The translations under genes were made by a program, and so were the position numbers. A stretch of DNA of 62,895 nucleotides, the filler included, from Octopus bimaculoides (Eukaryota), in assembly GCF_001194135.2 (NCBI RefSeq). It is 5 parts of 5 records of this genome, joined end to end, with 100 filler letters (N's around TTAATTAATTAA, not from the genome) between each part and the next. Parts side by side here need not be neighbours in the genome. Positions count along the whole stretch, not along the records: positions 45,078 to 53,391 come from NC_068982.1; positions 53,492 to 62,895 come from NC_068987.1; 3 more parts are not named here. One strand, given 5' to 3'. Below are positions 52,403 through 62,895 of this stretch, in pieces (position 1 is the first letter of the stretch; every line of letters begins with the position of its first letter). Below the pieces are notes generated by a model. That model was not told the DNA's origin. It saw nothing but the letters and a program-made list of their open reading frames with translations, and did not search any database.

Positions 52403-53002
52403 CATCAGAACATTTGAACCAAGCAGAAAACCTCACTGGCCGGTGTCGTCACCAATTACAGCGACAAACTGAACATTTGCAAGAAGTTCTTAAACTGGAA
52501 TCTGCCAGAGATAATTCCATTGCATATAATGATGTAATGACTGAAGAGTTTTGAGACCTCCAACCAAAGAATATAGAATTCAATCAACAAGCAGAAGAAG
52601 CAAGATCGTTAAAAGATGAAGTTGATGAACTTCGATACTTAGCTTCACAACAAGCAAGAGATGAAACATTAATTTAATGGTATAAAAGAAAATTTGAGGA
52701 AATGGGTGAACTAAGAAATAAAGTGAATGAACGATATGGAAGTAATAACAAACATACTGAAGAAGAAAAAAATTGCTATGGAAACGGAACTGTGCGAGTT
52801 TACCCAGTAGAAGTCTCAACTGGACGTGATGGCGAGCCAGATAACCAAACTTGAGAATGGCTTTGCATACCAAACCCAGAGAGCTGATAAAAATGAAATG
52901 GATTACAGAATGGCTAAAAATGAATTAACTAATCTCCAAAAAGAGAAAAAGAAATTGGAGAATGAACGTGATGCTATGAAAGAGGTTATTAAAAAAGATT
53001 AA
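52403..53002 (+). pseudogene. HOOK: Intronless HOOK-family (microtubule-tethering coiled-coil) pseudogene fragment
   Basis: QLQRQTEHLQEVLKLESARD...AEEARSLKDEVDELR...YKRKFEEMGELRNKV...SQLDVMASQITKLEN...RADKNEMDY...LQKEKKKLENERDAMKEVI aligns by eye with the HOOK1/3 coiled coil. Stops at 52552, 52675 and 52808; frameshift near 52730. Confidence 0.8.
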
Positions 53003-53107
53003 GAGAAAAGCTGTACTTTACAGACACTGACCAGCTTGGAACATCCAGAAACATTTATAGGTTCTCCCTTTGCAGGGACCAAAGTACTGACTTATTAGTA
53101 AAATACT

Positions 53108-53391
53108 CACTTATTAGTAAGATTAAAATAGTCACATTATTAGTAAGATTAAAATAGTCACATTATTAGTAAGATTAAAATAGTCACATTATTAGTAAGA
53201 TTAAAATAGTCACATTATTAGTAAGATTAAAATAGTCACATTAATAGTAAGATTAAAATAGTCACGTTATTAGTACGATTAAAATAGTCACATTATTAGT
53301 AAGATTAAAATAGTCACGTTATTAGTACGATTAAAATAGTCACATTATTAGTAAGATTAAAATAGTCACATTATTAGTAAGATTAAAATAG
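53108..53391. repeat. Minisatellite, 26-bp unit (cacattattagtaagattaaaatagt) x ~11, runs into gap
   Basis: Seen directly; two units share the variant cacgttattagtacg. Confidence 0.95.
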
Positions 53392-53491
53392 NNNNNNNNN
53401 NNNNNNNNNNNNNNNNNNNNNNNNNNNNNNNNNNNTTAATTAATTAANNNNNNNNNNNNNNNNNNNNNNNNNNNNNNNNNNNNNNNNNNNN
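53392..53491. other. 100-bp scaffold gap with TTAATTAATTAA spacer
   Basis: Seen directly. Confidence 0.95.
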
Positions 53492-53896
53492 ATGCGTGTG
53501 CACGTTTGCATCTGTTGGTCTATATATGTATTTGCGATAGTTTGTGTGTGTGCGTGCGTGGACTAGTTGTGAGTGTCTGTTTATTTAGTCGGGGTTCACT
53601 GTGCACCTGTCTCTCTCTCTTATCGCTTCTTTTCAGTCTCGCTGCAGTTGTGGACTGAAATGTCGTTATTGGCTTCCATAGATATTTCTATCATTGTTAT
53701 TAGTCTTGCATGTGTGTGTGTGTGTGTGTTTCGATATGTTTGTTTACCTTTGAATCAGAGGAAGAGGTTGGGGAGAGCGAACAGCCATGCACACGCCCAA
53801 ATGCACACACATACACACACTTACGTACACACATACAATATACATACATATACAAGCATACAGATACGGACACACATATATACATACATATAAACA

Positions 53897-53937
<41 letters not shown>

Positions 53938-54420
53938 NNNNNNNNNNNNNNNNNNNNNNNNNNNNNNNNNNNNNNNNNNNNNNNNNNNNNNNNNNNNNNN
54001 NNNNNNNNNNNNNNNNNNNNNNNNNNNNNNNNNNNNNNNNNNNNNNNNNNNNNNNNNNNNNNNNNNNNNNNNNNNNNNNNNNNNNNNNNNNNNNNNNNNN
54101 NNNNNNNNNNNNNNNNNNNNNNNNNNNNNNNNNNNNNNNNNNNNNNNNNNNNNNNNNNNNNNNNNNNNNNNNNNNNNNNNNNNNNNNNNNNNNNNNNNNN
54201 NNNNNNNNNNNNNNNNNNNNNNNNNNNNNNNNNNNNNNNNNNNNNNNNNNNNNNNNNNNNNNNNNNNNNNNNNNNNNNNNNNNNNNNNNNNNNNNNNNNN
54301 NNNNNNNNNNNNNNNNNNNNNNNNNNNNNNNNNNNNNNNNNNNNNNNNNNNNNNNNNNNNNNNNNNNNNNNNNNTCTTTAACTTCTATTGATTTAAAATA
54401 AATATGTACGTATACATGAC

Positions 54421-54790
54421 TATGGCTCGGTGTTTAGGGCAGCGGACTAGCGGTCGTGGGATCGCGGTTTCGATTCCCAGACCGGGCGTTGTGAGTGTTT
54501 ATTGAGCGAAAACACCTAAAGCTCCACGAGGTTCCGGCAGGGGATGGTGGCGAACCCTGCAGTACTCTTCCACCACAACTTTCTCTCACTCTTACTTCCT
54601 GTTTCTGTTGTATCTGTATTTCAAAGGGCCAGCCTTGCTACACTGTGTCACGCTGAATTTCCCCCGAGAACTACGTTAAGGGTACACGTGTCTGTGGAGT
54701 GCTCAGCCACTTGCACGTTAATTTCACAATCAGGGTGTTCCGTTGATCGGATCAACTGGAACCCTCGTCGTCGCAACCGACGGAGTGCCA
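54421..54790 (+). mobile_element. tRNA-derived SINE family C
   Basis: Highly similar to 57422-57805 along its whole length. Confidence 0.9.
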
Positions 54791-56832
54791 CGACGATGAT
54801 GCCAGTGCCTATACATAAGTGGAGTTACCATTACGTCTGCTAAAATTCAAATTATTCTTCCCTTCCACTTAATAATGGTTACTATCGTAATAACTTGGGA
54901 CTCCTCGGTGCGTCGAATCATAAAAAAATGGCGTCTTTGAATTGGAGTTGTCACTCTTACATTAGTTGGGTTTCATTAAACGTTGTCAATCAATGTTTAC
55001 CTCTCTTTGCAGCATGTATTGTCGCAATTAATTAAAGTTATTTAATTAAGAATGTTAGTACTTGTTTCCCGATGTGTATGTTAGCTGTGTAATCATTGCT
55101 GTCCGCCTGCCTGTCGGCCTATCAGTCTGTCGATATGTCTATCGGTCTGTATGTTTGTAACGTTGTCCGTCTCTCAGTATCTGCCTATTTATCCATCTGT
55201 CTGCCCATCTGTCTGATGTCTGTCTCATGAATATTTATCTATCTATCTGTCTATCTATCTATCTATCTATCTATCTATTTAACTGCTATTTCTAGCAGGT
55301 CAGACCCTTAGGATGACGTTAAACCATTGGTTTGTTGTATGGTTTTATTTTTGGACAAATGTTTCTCCGTTGTATATGCAGTTCACTTTGCATGTGTTGT
55401 ATGTGTGTACGTGTGTTTGTGAATGTATGTGTGTGTGTGCGAGTGCATGTGCGTGTGTATATATGAAGAGAGAGAGGGAGAAATAGATATATATATAGAT
55501 AGATAAGATAGGTAAATAGGTCGACAAATTATTAGATACAAAGAATGGACGAATTACAGGAAGGCAAAATGATACACAAAATTTCAAATAGAACGGAGAA
55601 AGAACAGAGAGAATGAGAATGAGAAATGGAAGGAGAGAAAGACGGAAAGAGAGAAGGAGAGAGAGCATGAGACAATAAATGAGGGGAAATAAAGTGAGAG
55701 AAAAAGAGAGGGGTTTAAGGTAGGCTAGGCCTTTGATAGGGAGAGGTTTCTAAACTATGACCGATAACGTAAAACCTATAATCGATAAAATTGGCTGCGA
55801 ACTATTTAATCCCATTCGTTAGACTTCGGCCCATTCCTGCATTGTCCTGCTCCTATTCATTCCACCTGTTATAAGGGCGTTCACTATTCCGCTACATACT
55901 GTGCCCATCTAAACACATTCGATGCACCTAGCCCTCCATTTTATGTCATCCCTGCTGTGACTCATTGTTTTGACACAACATTAAGTTGCTCTTTTTTTTT
56001 TATTTGCTCGTTCGTATCACAATTACATCTCTCGGGAAATTGCTTCTCTCTCTTCCTCTATCTCTGTCCCATTCTCTTTCTCTCACTGCTCTCCTTTTTT
56101 TAAAACCTCCAATCTCCATGGCTTTACACCGTTCATTAGCCGTATTTTCGTATTCTCAGTGACCCCCTATCAGCTAATCTGAGAAGATCTACCGTAGATA
56201 TACCGAAGAGCTTCCATCTTTTGCTTTTGCACAGACTTAGTAATGAAATTACATGCAATCAGCCGAGTCACACCACGATGACTCATCCACGTTTCATATG
56301 AAAGTATAAACATGTAAGTAGAACCTGTTGAAGGTATTCGGTTTTTCTGTTTATTTTTTAACGAGTTTCAGTCGCTGGACCGCGGCCAAGTTGAGACACA
56401 GCTTCCAAGGGTTCAGCGGATTATATCGATTCCACTCCTTACCGTGTTTCTATTTTTATCTTATCGATTTCTCTATGTTGAACTGAAAACTTACGGAACA
56501 TCAAGGGAAAATTATATGAACAATATTTGTGGCTTAAAGGGCTTGGGCAAGCATAAACACAGTCCCTACCCCTCTCTCCATAGGCACATACATACATACA
56601 TACATACATTCATACAAACTGACATACATGCATATATATATACACACATACATACATACATACAGACTGACATACATGCATACATACAAACGTACATAAA
56701 TACGTACACATATGTATGTATATATGTATATGTATATATGTATATGTATATATGTATATTGATATGTATAAGTATATACGTATGCACACACACACACATG
56801 CATATGTATATGTATATATACGTATATATGTA

Positions 56833-56882
<50 letters not shown>

Positions 56883-56999
56883 ATCCCCGGCTCGTGGATT
56901 TGTTGTTGGATATGGATAAAACGCTTACTTCTCAAATACGTCGTCTCAAGTTCAGTCCCNNNNNNNNNNNNNNNNNNCCCCCCCCCCAGCTTCAGTAAG

Positions 57000-58000
57000 A
57001 CCTTGTGAGTAGCATTTTATTCGACCACCAGTACTGTTTCTGTAGAACCAGGTCCGCTGCTGACCCTCTCTCTTCGTCCGACATCCATCATCCCAACGGA
57101 CCCACCAGTGGTATTTTGCATTGGAAGAATTCGGTAAAAGCAGCGTTGTCGCCCTCGACATCAGTAAAGCTCTTGCCTGGCCAGTTTGGTAAGTGGATAT
57201 CCTGTGAAGACTTCCTGCTTTTAGTCTCCACCAGTCTTTCATCGCTTGCATCATCAGCCCCAGCTCACACTACACCATGATTGCATATGTCGACAGAGCT
57301 CCTTCTGTCCCTCAATCAATCAGTTCTGATGTGTCCCCAAGTTTTAGTCGCGCACACTCTTCTTTCGATACATTCATTTGACGCCGCATCCAACAATACA
57401 AACTCTTCTATGCTGCTCGGGTGGAGGCGCAATGGCCCAATGGTTAGGGCAGCGGACTCGCTGTCATAGGATCGCGGTTTCGATTCCCGGACCGGGCGTT
57501 GTGAGTGTTCATTGAGCGAAAACACCTAAAGCTCCACGAGGCTCCGGCAGGGGATGGTGGCGAACCCTGCTGTACTCTTCCACCACAACTTTCTCTCACT
57601 CTTACTTCCTGTTTCTGTTGTGCCTGTAATTCAAAGGGCCAGCCTTGTCACACTGTGTCACGCTGAATATCCCCGAGAACTATGTTAAGGGTACACGTGT
57701 CTGTGGAGTGCTCAGTCACTTGCATGTTAATTTCATGAGCAGGCTGTTCTGTTGATCAGATCAATTGGAACCCTCGACGTCGTAAGCGACGGAGTGCCAA
57801 CAACATATGTTGCTCGGGCAGGACAATGCTATCCTTCATTCTTTCCAAACCGTCCGCAGCCATGCAAAATGTATTTGCAACGGAGACGCAGCTCACCAAA
57901 CTGACTCAATGAAAAAGACCTCAAAAAATCATACAATAAGGAAGATGTCAATTTTGTCTCAACGACAAAAGATAAAACGCTGTTCATATGAAGAAGACGG
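57000..58000 (+). mobile_element. Decayed CR1/L2/Jockey-like RT remnant interrupted by a SINE
   Basis: EFGKSSVVALDISKAL (cf. VALDISKAFD) and a degenerate SGVPQGS/YADD region; resumes after 57805. Confidence 0.6.
57422..57805 (+). mobile_element. Full-length SINE family C with target-site duplication
   Basis: ggcgcaatggcccaatggttagggcagcggactcg...ggtttcgattcccgg head; TSD tatgctgctcggg (57409-57421) / tatgttgctcggg (57806-57818). Confidence 0.9.
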
Positions 58001-58104
58001 CATCATCGCACGGCATCTCCATTTATCATGACCAGCATCCAGAACCCTTAATTGTTAAGTCTCACTCTCATCGAATATCAACTCTCCTACATAAATGCAG
58101 GAAC

Positions 58105-58235
58105 GTCTACCAAATTGACTCACAAGGCTTTGGTAGGACCGCGGCCAAATTAGAAGACATTTGTCCAAGTTGGCTTGGTGTGGAACTGAAACTGGAACCA
58201 TGTGGTTGGGAAACAAACTTCTTACCACATAGCCT
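58105..58235 (-). mobile_element. SINE family A head, decayed
   Basis: Reverse-complement match to family A. Confidence 0.7.
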
Positions 58236-59071
58236 CTGTGGTGTGTGCGTGTGCGTGTATGCGAGAGAGAGGGAGAGAGAGAAAGAGAGAATGGAGAAAG
58301 AGAGAAAGAGAGAGGGGGAGACAGAGAGGGAGAGAGAAGGAGAGAGAGGGAGAGAGGGAGAGAGAGAGAGAGTACATGTGTTTATATATGCAATTATGAT
58401 AATGTAACGGTCTTGTCATGTATATATCAAACTATGAATGGAAGCTGACGTGTGTATATAGGTAAATAAATGTGCTTATATANNNNNNNNNNNNNNNNNN
58501 NNNNNNNNNNNNNNNNNNNNNNNNNNNNNNNNNNNNNNNNNNNNNNNNNNNNNNNNNNNNNNNNNNNNNNNNNNNNNNNNNNNNNNNNNNNNNNNNNNNN
58601 NNNNNNNNNNNNNNNNNNNNNNNNNNNNNNNNNNNNNNNNNNNNNNNNNNNNNNNNNNNNNNNNNNNNNNNNNNNNNNNNNNNNNNNNNNNNNNNNNNNN
58701 NNNNNNNNNNNNNNNNNNNNNNNNNNNNNNNNNNNNNNNNNNNNNNNNNNNNNNNNNNNNNNNNNNNNNNNNNNNNNNNNNNNNNNNNNNNNNNNNNNNN
58801 NNNNNNNNNNNNNNNNNNNNNNNNNNNNNNNNNNNNNNNNNNNNNNNNNNNNNNNNNNNNNNNNNNNNNNNNNNNNNNNNNNNNNNNNNNNNNNNNNNNN
58901 NNNNNNNNNNNNNNNNNNNNNNNNNNNNNNNNNNNNNNNNNNNNNNNNNNNNNNNNNNNNNNNNNNNNNNNNNNNNAATATATACACACACATACATATA
59001 TATATATATATGAACGTGGTGTGTGTGTGTATCTGAATATATAGTTATCGTATTTACAGATACCCACACGC

Positions 59072-59165
<94 letters not shown>

Positions 59166-59185
59166 ATTTCTGTCTTTTTCTCTTC

Positions 59186-59217
<32 letters not shown>

Positions 59218-60237
59218 TTCTATCTCTCTCTCTATCTATCTATATACATGTGTGTGTGAGTGTATGAATATATATATATATGATTGTATGTATATATGTA
59301 TAAATGCGTGTATATAGTGTTGTTAAATGTGTAAGTATATGTATATATACAGACATACACACACACACATGTCATTCATCAATCTACCTACGTATGTACT
59401 TACACACCCATCCATCTACCTACCTACCTACCTACCTACCTATCTCTCAAGACCACTGTTCGTCTAACTATGCACGTACACATGAGCTGTATACACTCAC
59501 TCGTGCATTAGGTCATGTATGTATAAAGAATGCCTACATGTGAGTAAATGCATGCATGCATCGTTGCGCGAAAACACGAGCCCCAATAAGTATATGCACA
59601 ATTATGTACCGTATATATCTCTATATATATACACACATGCATTCATTCAGGCATGCAAATCGATTGTTTGCATGCATGATTGCATGCATGGATGTATTTG
59701 TGCATGCATACATGTACGTATATATGCACTGGTCTGTGCAATCGTAAATGTATGTGTGTGTGTGCATGTGCTGTGTAAAAGCATGTGTTTATAAGCGACT
59801 CCATGTTTTTGTAGATGTGGTTACGAAGTCAGTGTCCTGTTTATCCAGCCGTCAGTCTGTCAGTATGTCAGTCTCTCTAGCTGTCTGCCTGTCTGCCTGT
59901 CTGCCTGTCTGCCTGTCGCCGTGCAGCCATTGTTCACATGACTCAGCTGCTTATGATGCAACGATTCCAGCGAATAATGCTTCGCTCTCAGTTCGCTTTC
60001 TTGTTATTGCCATGCAATAGTGATGGAGAAATGCGATGATGACTCAACTAATTCTAGTCGGCTCAGAGAGACAGAAGGAGAGAGAGAGAGAGAGAGAGAG
60101 AGTGTGTGTGTGTGTGAGAGAGAGAAAGAGAAAGGCCCAGCAAGCAAGAAGCATATATAATTTGTGTGTATATATATATTTATGTATATAAGTATATATA
60201 CATATATATGTATTTGTGTGTGCGTGTGTATGTATCG

Positions 60238-60295
<58 letters not shown>

Positions 60296-60814
60296 GGAGA
60301 GAGATAGACAGAAAGATAGATAGACAGATAAATAGACACATAGATAGATAAAGAGAGGGAGAGAGAGAGAGAGAGAGAAAGGAAGGGAGAGAGAGAGAGA
60401 GAGAAAGAGAGAGAAAGAGAGAGAAAGAGAGAGTTTGGGGTACAAGTCAAGAGCTGACCCTAGGCTCGTTTGCAGCACCTGACTGCATACATTCATACAC
60501 ACACACATACAGACATATATACGAACAGACAGACAGACAGATAGATAAATAGATACATACATGCATACATGCATACATACGTATATATATATATGTATGT
60601 ACATATATAATTGGAAAGCCAAGTGAAGAGAGAGAGTGGAGGAGAGAGGAAGAGAGAGGGTTTGAGGGAGGTGTGTGTGTGGGGGGGGAGAGATAGGGAG
60701 AGGCTGGGAAGAGAAGGGATCAGGAAATGCTGGAAGAAAATAGTTGGAAAACCTTGGCAATATTTTATTGTTATTTGGGAGCCTAAGAGACACACAGACA
60801 GACGGAGAGGCAAT

Positions 60815-60851
60815 CTAGCAGCAGAGTGTGTGATGGGAAGAGGATAAGGTG

Positions 60852-60896
<45 letters not shown>

Positions 60897-61380
60897 GGAA
60901 GAAGGAAAGAAAGAAAGGAGAAGGAAAGAAAGAAAGAAAGAAAGAAGGAAGAAGGAAATAAAGAAAGAAGGGAAGGAAGAAGGAAAGAAAAAAGGAGCGA
61001 AGGAAGGAAGGAAAGAAAGAAGGAAAGAAAGAACAGAAGAAAGAAAGAAAGAAAGAAAGAGGGAAGTAAGGAATTAAGGAAGGAAACAAAGAAGGAAAGA
61101 AAGAAAAGGAAAGAAAGGAAGAGAGAAAGAATAAAAAATGAATGAATGAGCAAAGAGAAAAGAAAGGAAGAAAGAGAGAGAGAAATAGAAAGAAAAAGAA
61201 GAGAGGAAGAATTTAAAAAGGAAAAAAGAAAAATATAAAGAAGAAACGAAGAAAGAAAGAAAGTGTAGAGGAAGGAAAAAAGATAAAAGACGAAAAGAGA
61301 GAAAAAAGAAAGTAAGAAAGAAGAAAGGAATAAACAATAAAAAAAAGAAAGAAAAGTCATTAAAAAACTGAAAGAAAAAT
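60815..61380. repeat. Polypurine low-complexity tract (GA/GAAA/GGAA)n
   Basis: Seen directly; source of the K/E/R-rich and F/L/S-rich pseudo-ORFs. Confidence 0.9.
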
Positions 61381-61787
61381 ATAGAAAATGTAGAAAGTTG
61401 GATAATTTTGAGAGAGAGTGATTGATTGAAAGATTCAGTGATTGCCTGATTGGTTAATCGAAGGAATTATTAGTAATTATCAGGATTTGAAAGATTAATC
61501 TCAACGAGAAGGCAAGAATTCCGGTTGGTCATTAAATTTGTAGATTCTGTCTTATCGTCTGTTCTGCCAATGTGTGTGCGTCGTAAGAACGACGGACGTT
61601 TATCTGTTAAATGACTCGATTCCCTTTGGTTGTTAATAAGTGATGTGGGGAGGTACAGTAGCTGGTTTAGAAGAAGAAGAAGAAGTGATTGTACTGTAGA
61701 ATCATGTTACATTATCAGTGTTGCTTTCTAACCTAATTCCTAATTCTCGCAGACCTTAGAGAACTGCAACGAAAGGCCACACCAGCA

Positions 61788-61846
<59 letters not shown>

Positions 61847-62096
61847 ATATATATATATAAAATAGTAAATAATATATACTATATATATATATATGTATAT
61901 ATACGTGCATATATGGGTACAGGACATCACCCACCGTGCAAACAACATGAAATACATAAACAATGAAAGAAAACTGGAAAACAGGTCAAGTAAATAAAGA
62001 GAAAGGACCCTTCATCAGTTGTCGGCTGTCTGTCTACTCCTCGTTTCAAGCATTCTATATATATGTATGTATATAGATTCAGCAACATTATACATA

Positions 62097-62168
<72 letters not shown>

Positions 62169-62174
62169 CTATAT

Positions 62175-62560
62175 AGGCGCAGGCGTGGCTCTGTGGTAAG
62201 AAGCTTGCTCCCTAACCACATGGTTCCTGGTTCAGTCCCACTGCGTGACACCTTGGGCAAGTGTCCTTTACTATAGTCTCGAGTCGACCAAAGCCTTGTG
62301 AGTGGATTTGGTAGACGGAAACTGACAGATACCGCCATGTGTATGTATGTATGCATGTATGTATGCCTGCATGTATGTATGTATGTGCGAGGGGTGTATA
62401 AAAAGTCTTGAGCCTCAAAATAAAACAAAACATGGTACAAAACTTCAAGGCTCAAAGCTATGAAGGCTCAAAATTTTCATACACCCCTCGTATGTATGTA
62501 TGTATGTATGTATGTATGTATGTATGTATGTATGTATGTATGTATGTATCTATCTATCTA

Positions 62561-62591
<31 letters not shown>

Positions 62592-62598
62592 ATGTGTA

Positions 62599-62648
<50 letters not shown>

Positions 62649-62825
62649 GTGTTTGTCCCCCACCATCACTCGACAACTGGTATTGGTGTGTTCATGCCAA
62701 CGTAAAATAGCGGTTCGGCAAAAGAGACCGATAGAATAAGTACCAAACTTTAAAAAAAAAGGCACTGAGGTCGTTTCATTCGACTAAAAATTCTTCAAGG
62801 CGGTGCCCCAGCATGGCCGCAGTCA
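62175..62825 (+). mobile_element. Full-length SINE family A with expanded internal microsatellite
   Basis: Head 62175-62340, tail ~62650-62825 (ggttcggcaaaagagaccgatagaataagtac...ggcggtgccccagcatggccgcagtc). Confidence 0.9.
62388..62490. mobile_element. 103-bp mariner-type mini-MITE nested in the SINE microsatellite
   Basis: TIRs cgaggggtgtataaaaagtcttgagcct / aggctcaaaattttcatacacccctcg; followed by TA. Confidence 0.85.
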
Positions 62826-62895
62826 TACCTACACACACACACACACACACACACACATGCACGCATACACGCTTTATGAGTCCGTAGTCGTTTGT

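Noticed and set aside
52580-52873. 97-aa hydrophobic minus-strand ORF
   Set aside because: Antisense shadow of the HOOK pseudogene.
53108-53391. Regular short repeats as a possible CRISPR array
   Set aside because: Head-to-tail units with no unique spacers, in eukaryotic DNA. The equal 26-bp unit length of the 24131 array is coincidental; the sequences are unrelated.
57422-57500. tRNA-like sequences with A and B boxes
   Set aside because: They are SINE heads continuing into multicopy bodies; no complete cloverleaf tRNA gene could be supported.

Overview
Repeat-dense, AT-rich animal genomic DNA from a gapped draft scaffold. The SINE families, RTE tails and microsatellite load suggest an octopus, but this is an inference. 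Four 100-bp gaps, each carrying a TTAATTAATTAA spacer, split the window into five blocks whose relative order is not guaranteed. Genes supported by the sequence: (1) three in-phase minus-strand exons of a GH18 chitinase with an intact DxDxE motif (51139-50968, 48534-48276, 46965-46865); I could not find its C-terminal half. (2) An unannotated minus-strand exon chain of unknown function (38654-38327, 28858-28821, 28383-28337, 27771-27752), lying in a visibly CpG-depleted ~21-kb block. (3) A decayed, intronless HOOK-family fragment (52403-53002). (4) Weaker plus-strand orphan exons at 14.7-21.8 kb. A dense housekeeping-promoter motif cluster (E2F, YY1, ETS, NRF1-like, DRE) sits inside a chitinase intron at ~47.4-47.6 kb. 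The splice phases would allow a chimeric transcript linking that promoter, the last chitinase exon and the orphan exon chain. Most of the rest is transposon-derived: three SINE families, RTE, CR1/L2-like, Penelope, R4/Dong-like RLE retroelements associated with microsatellites, Gypsy, mariner/maT and MITEs, including a ~480-bp foldback. Nearly all ORFs in the supplied track are microsatellite or N-gap artefacts. Family assignments come from motifs recalled from memory; no database search was run.
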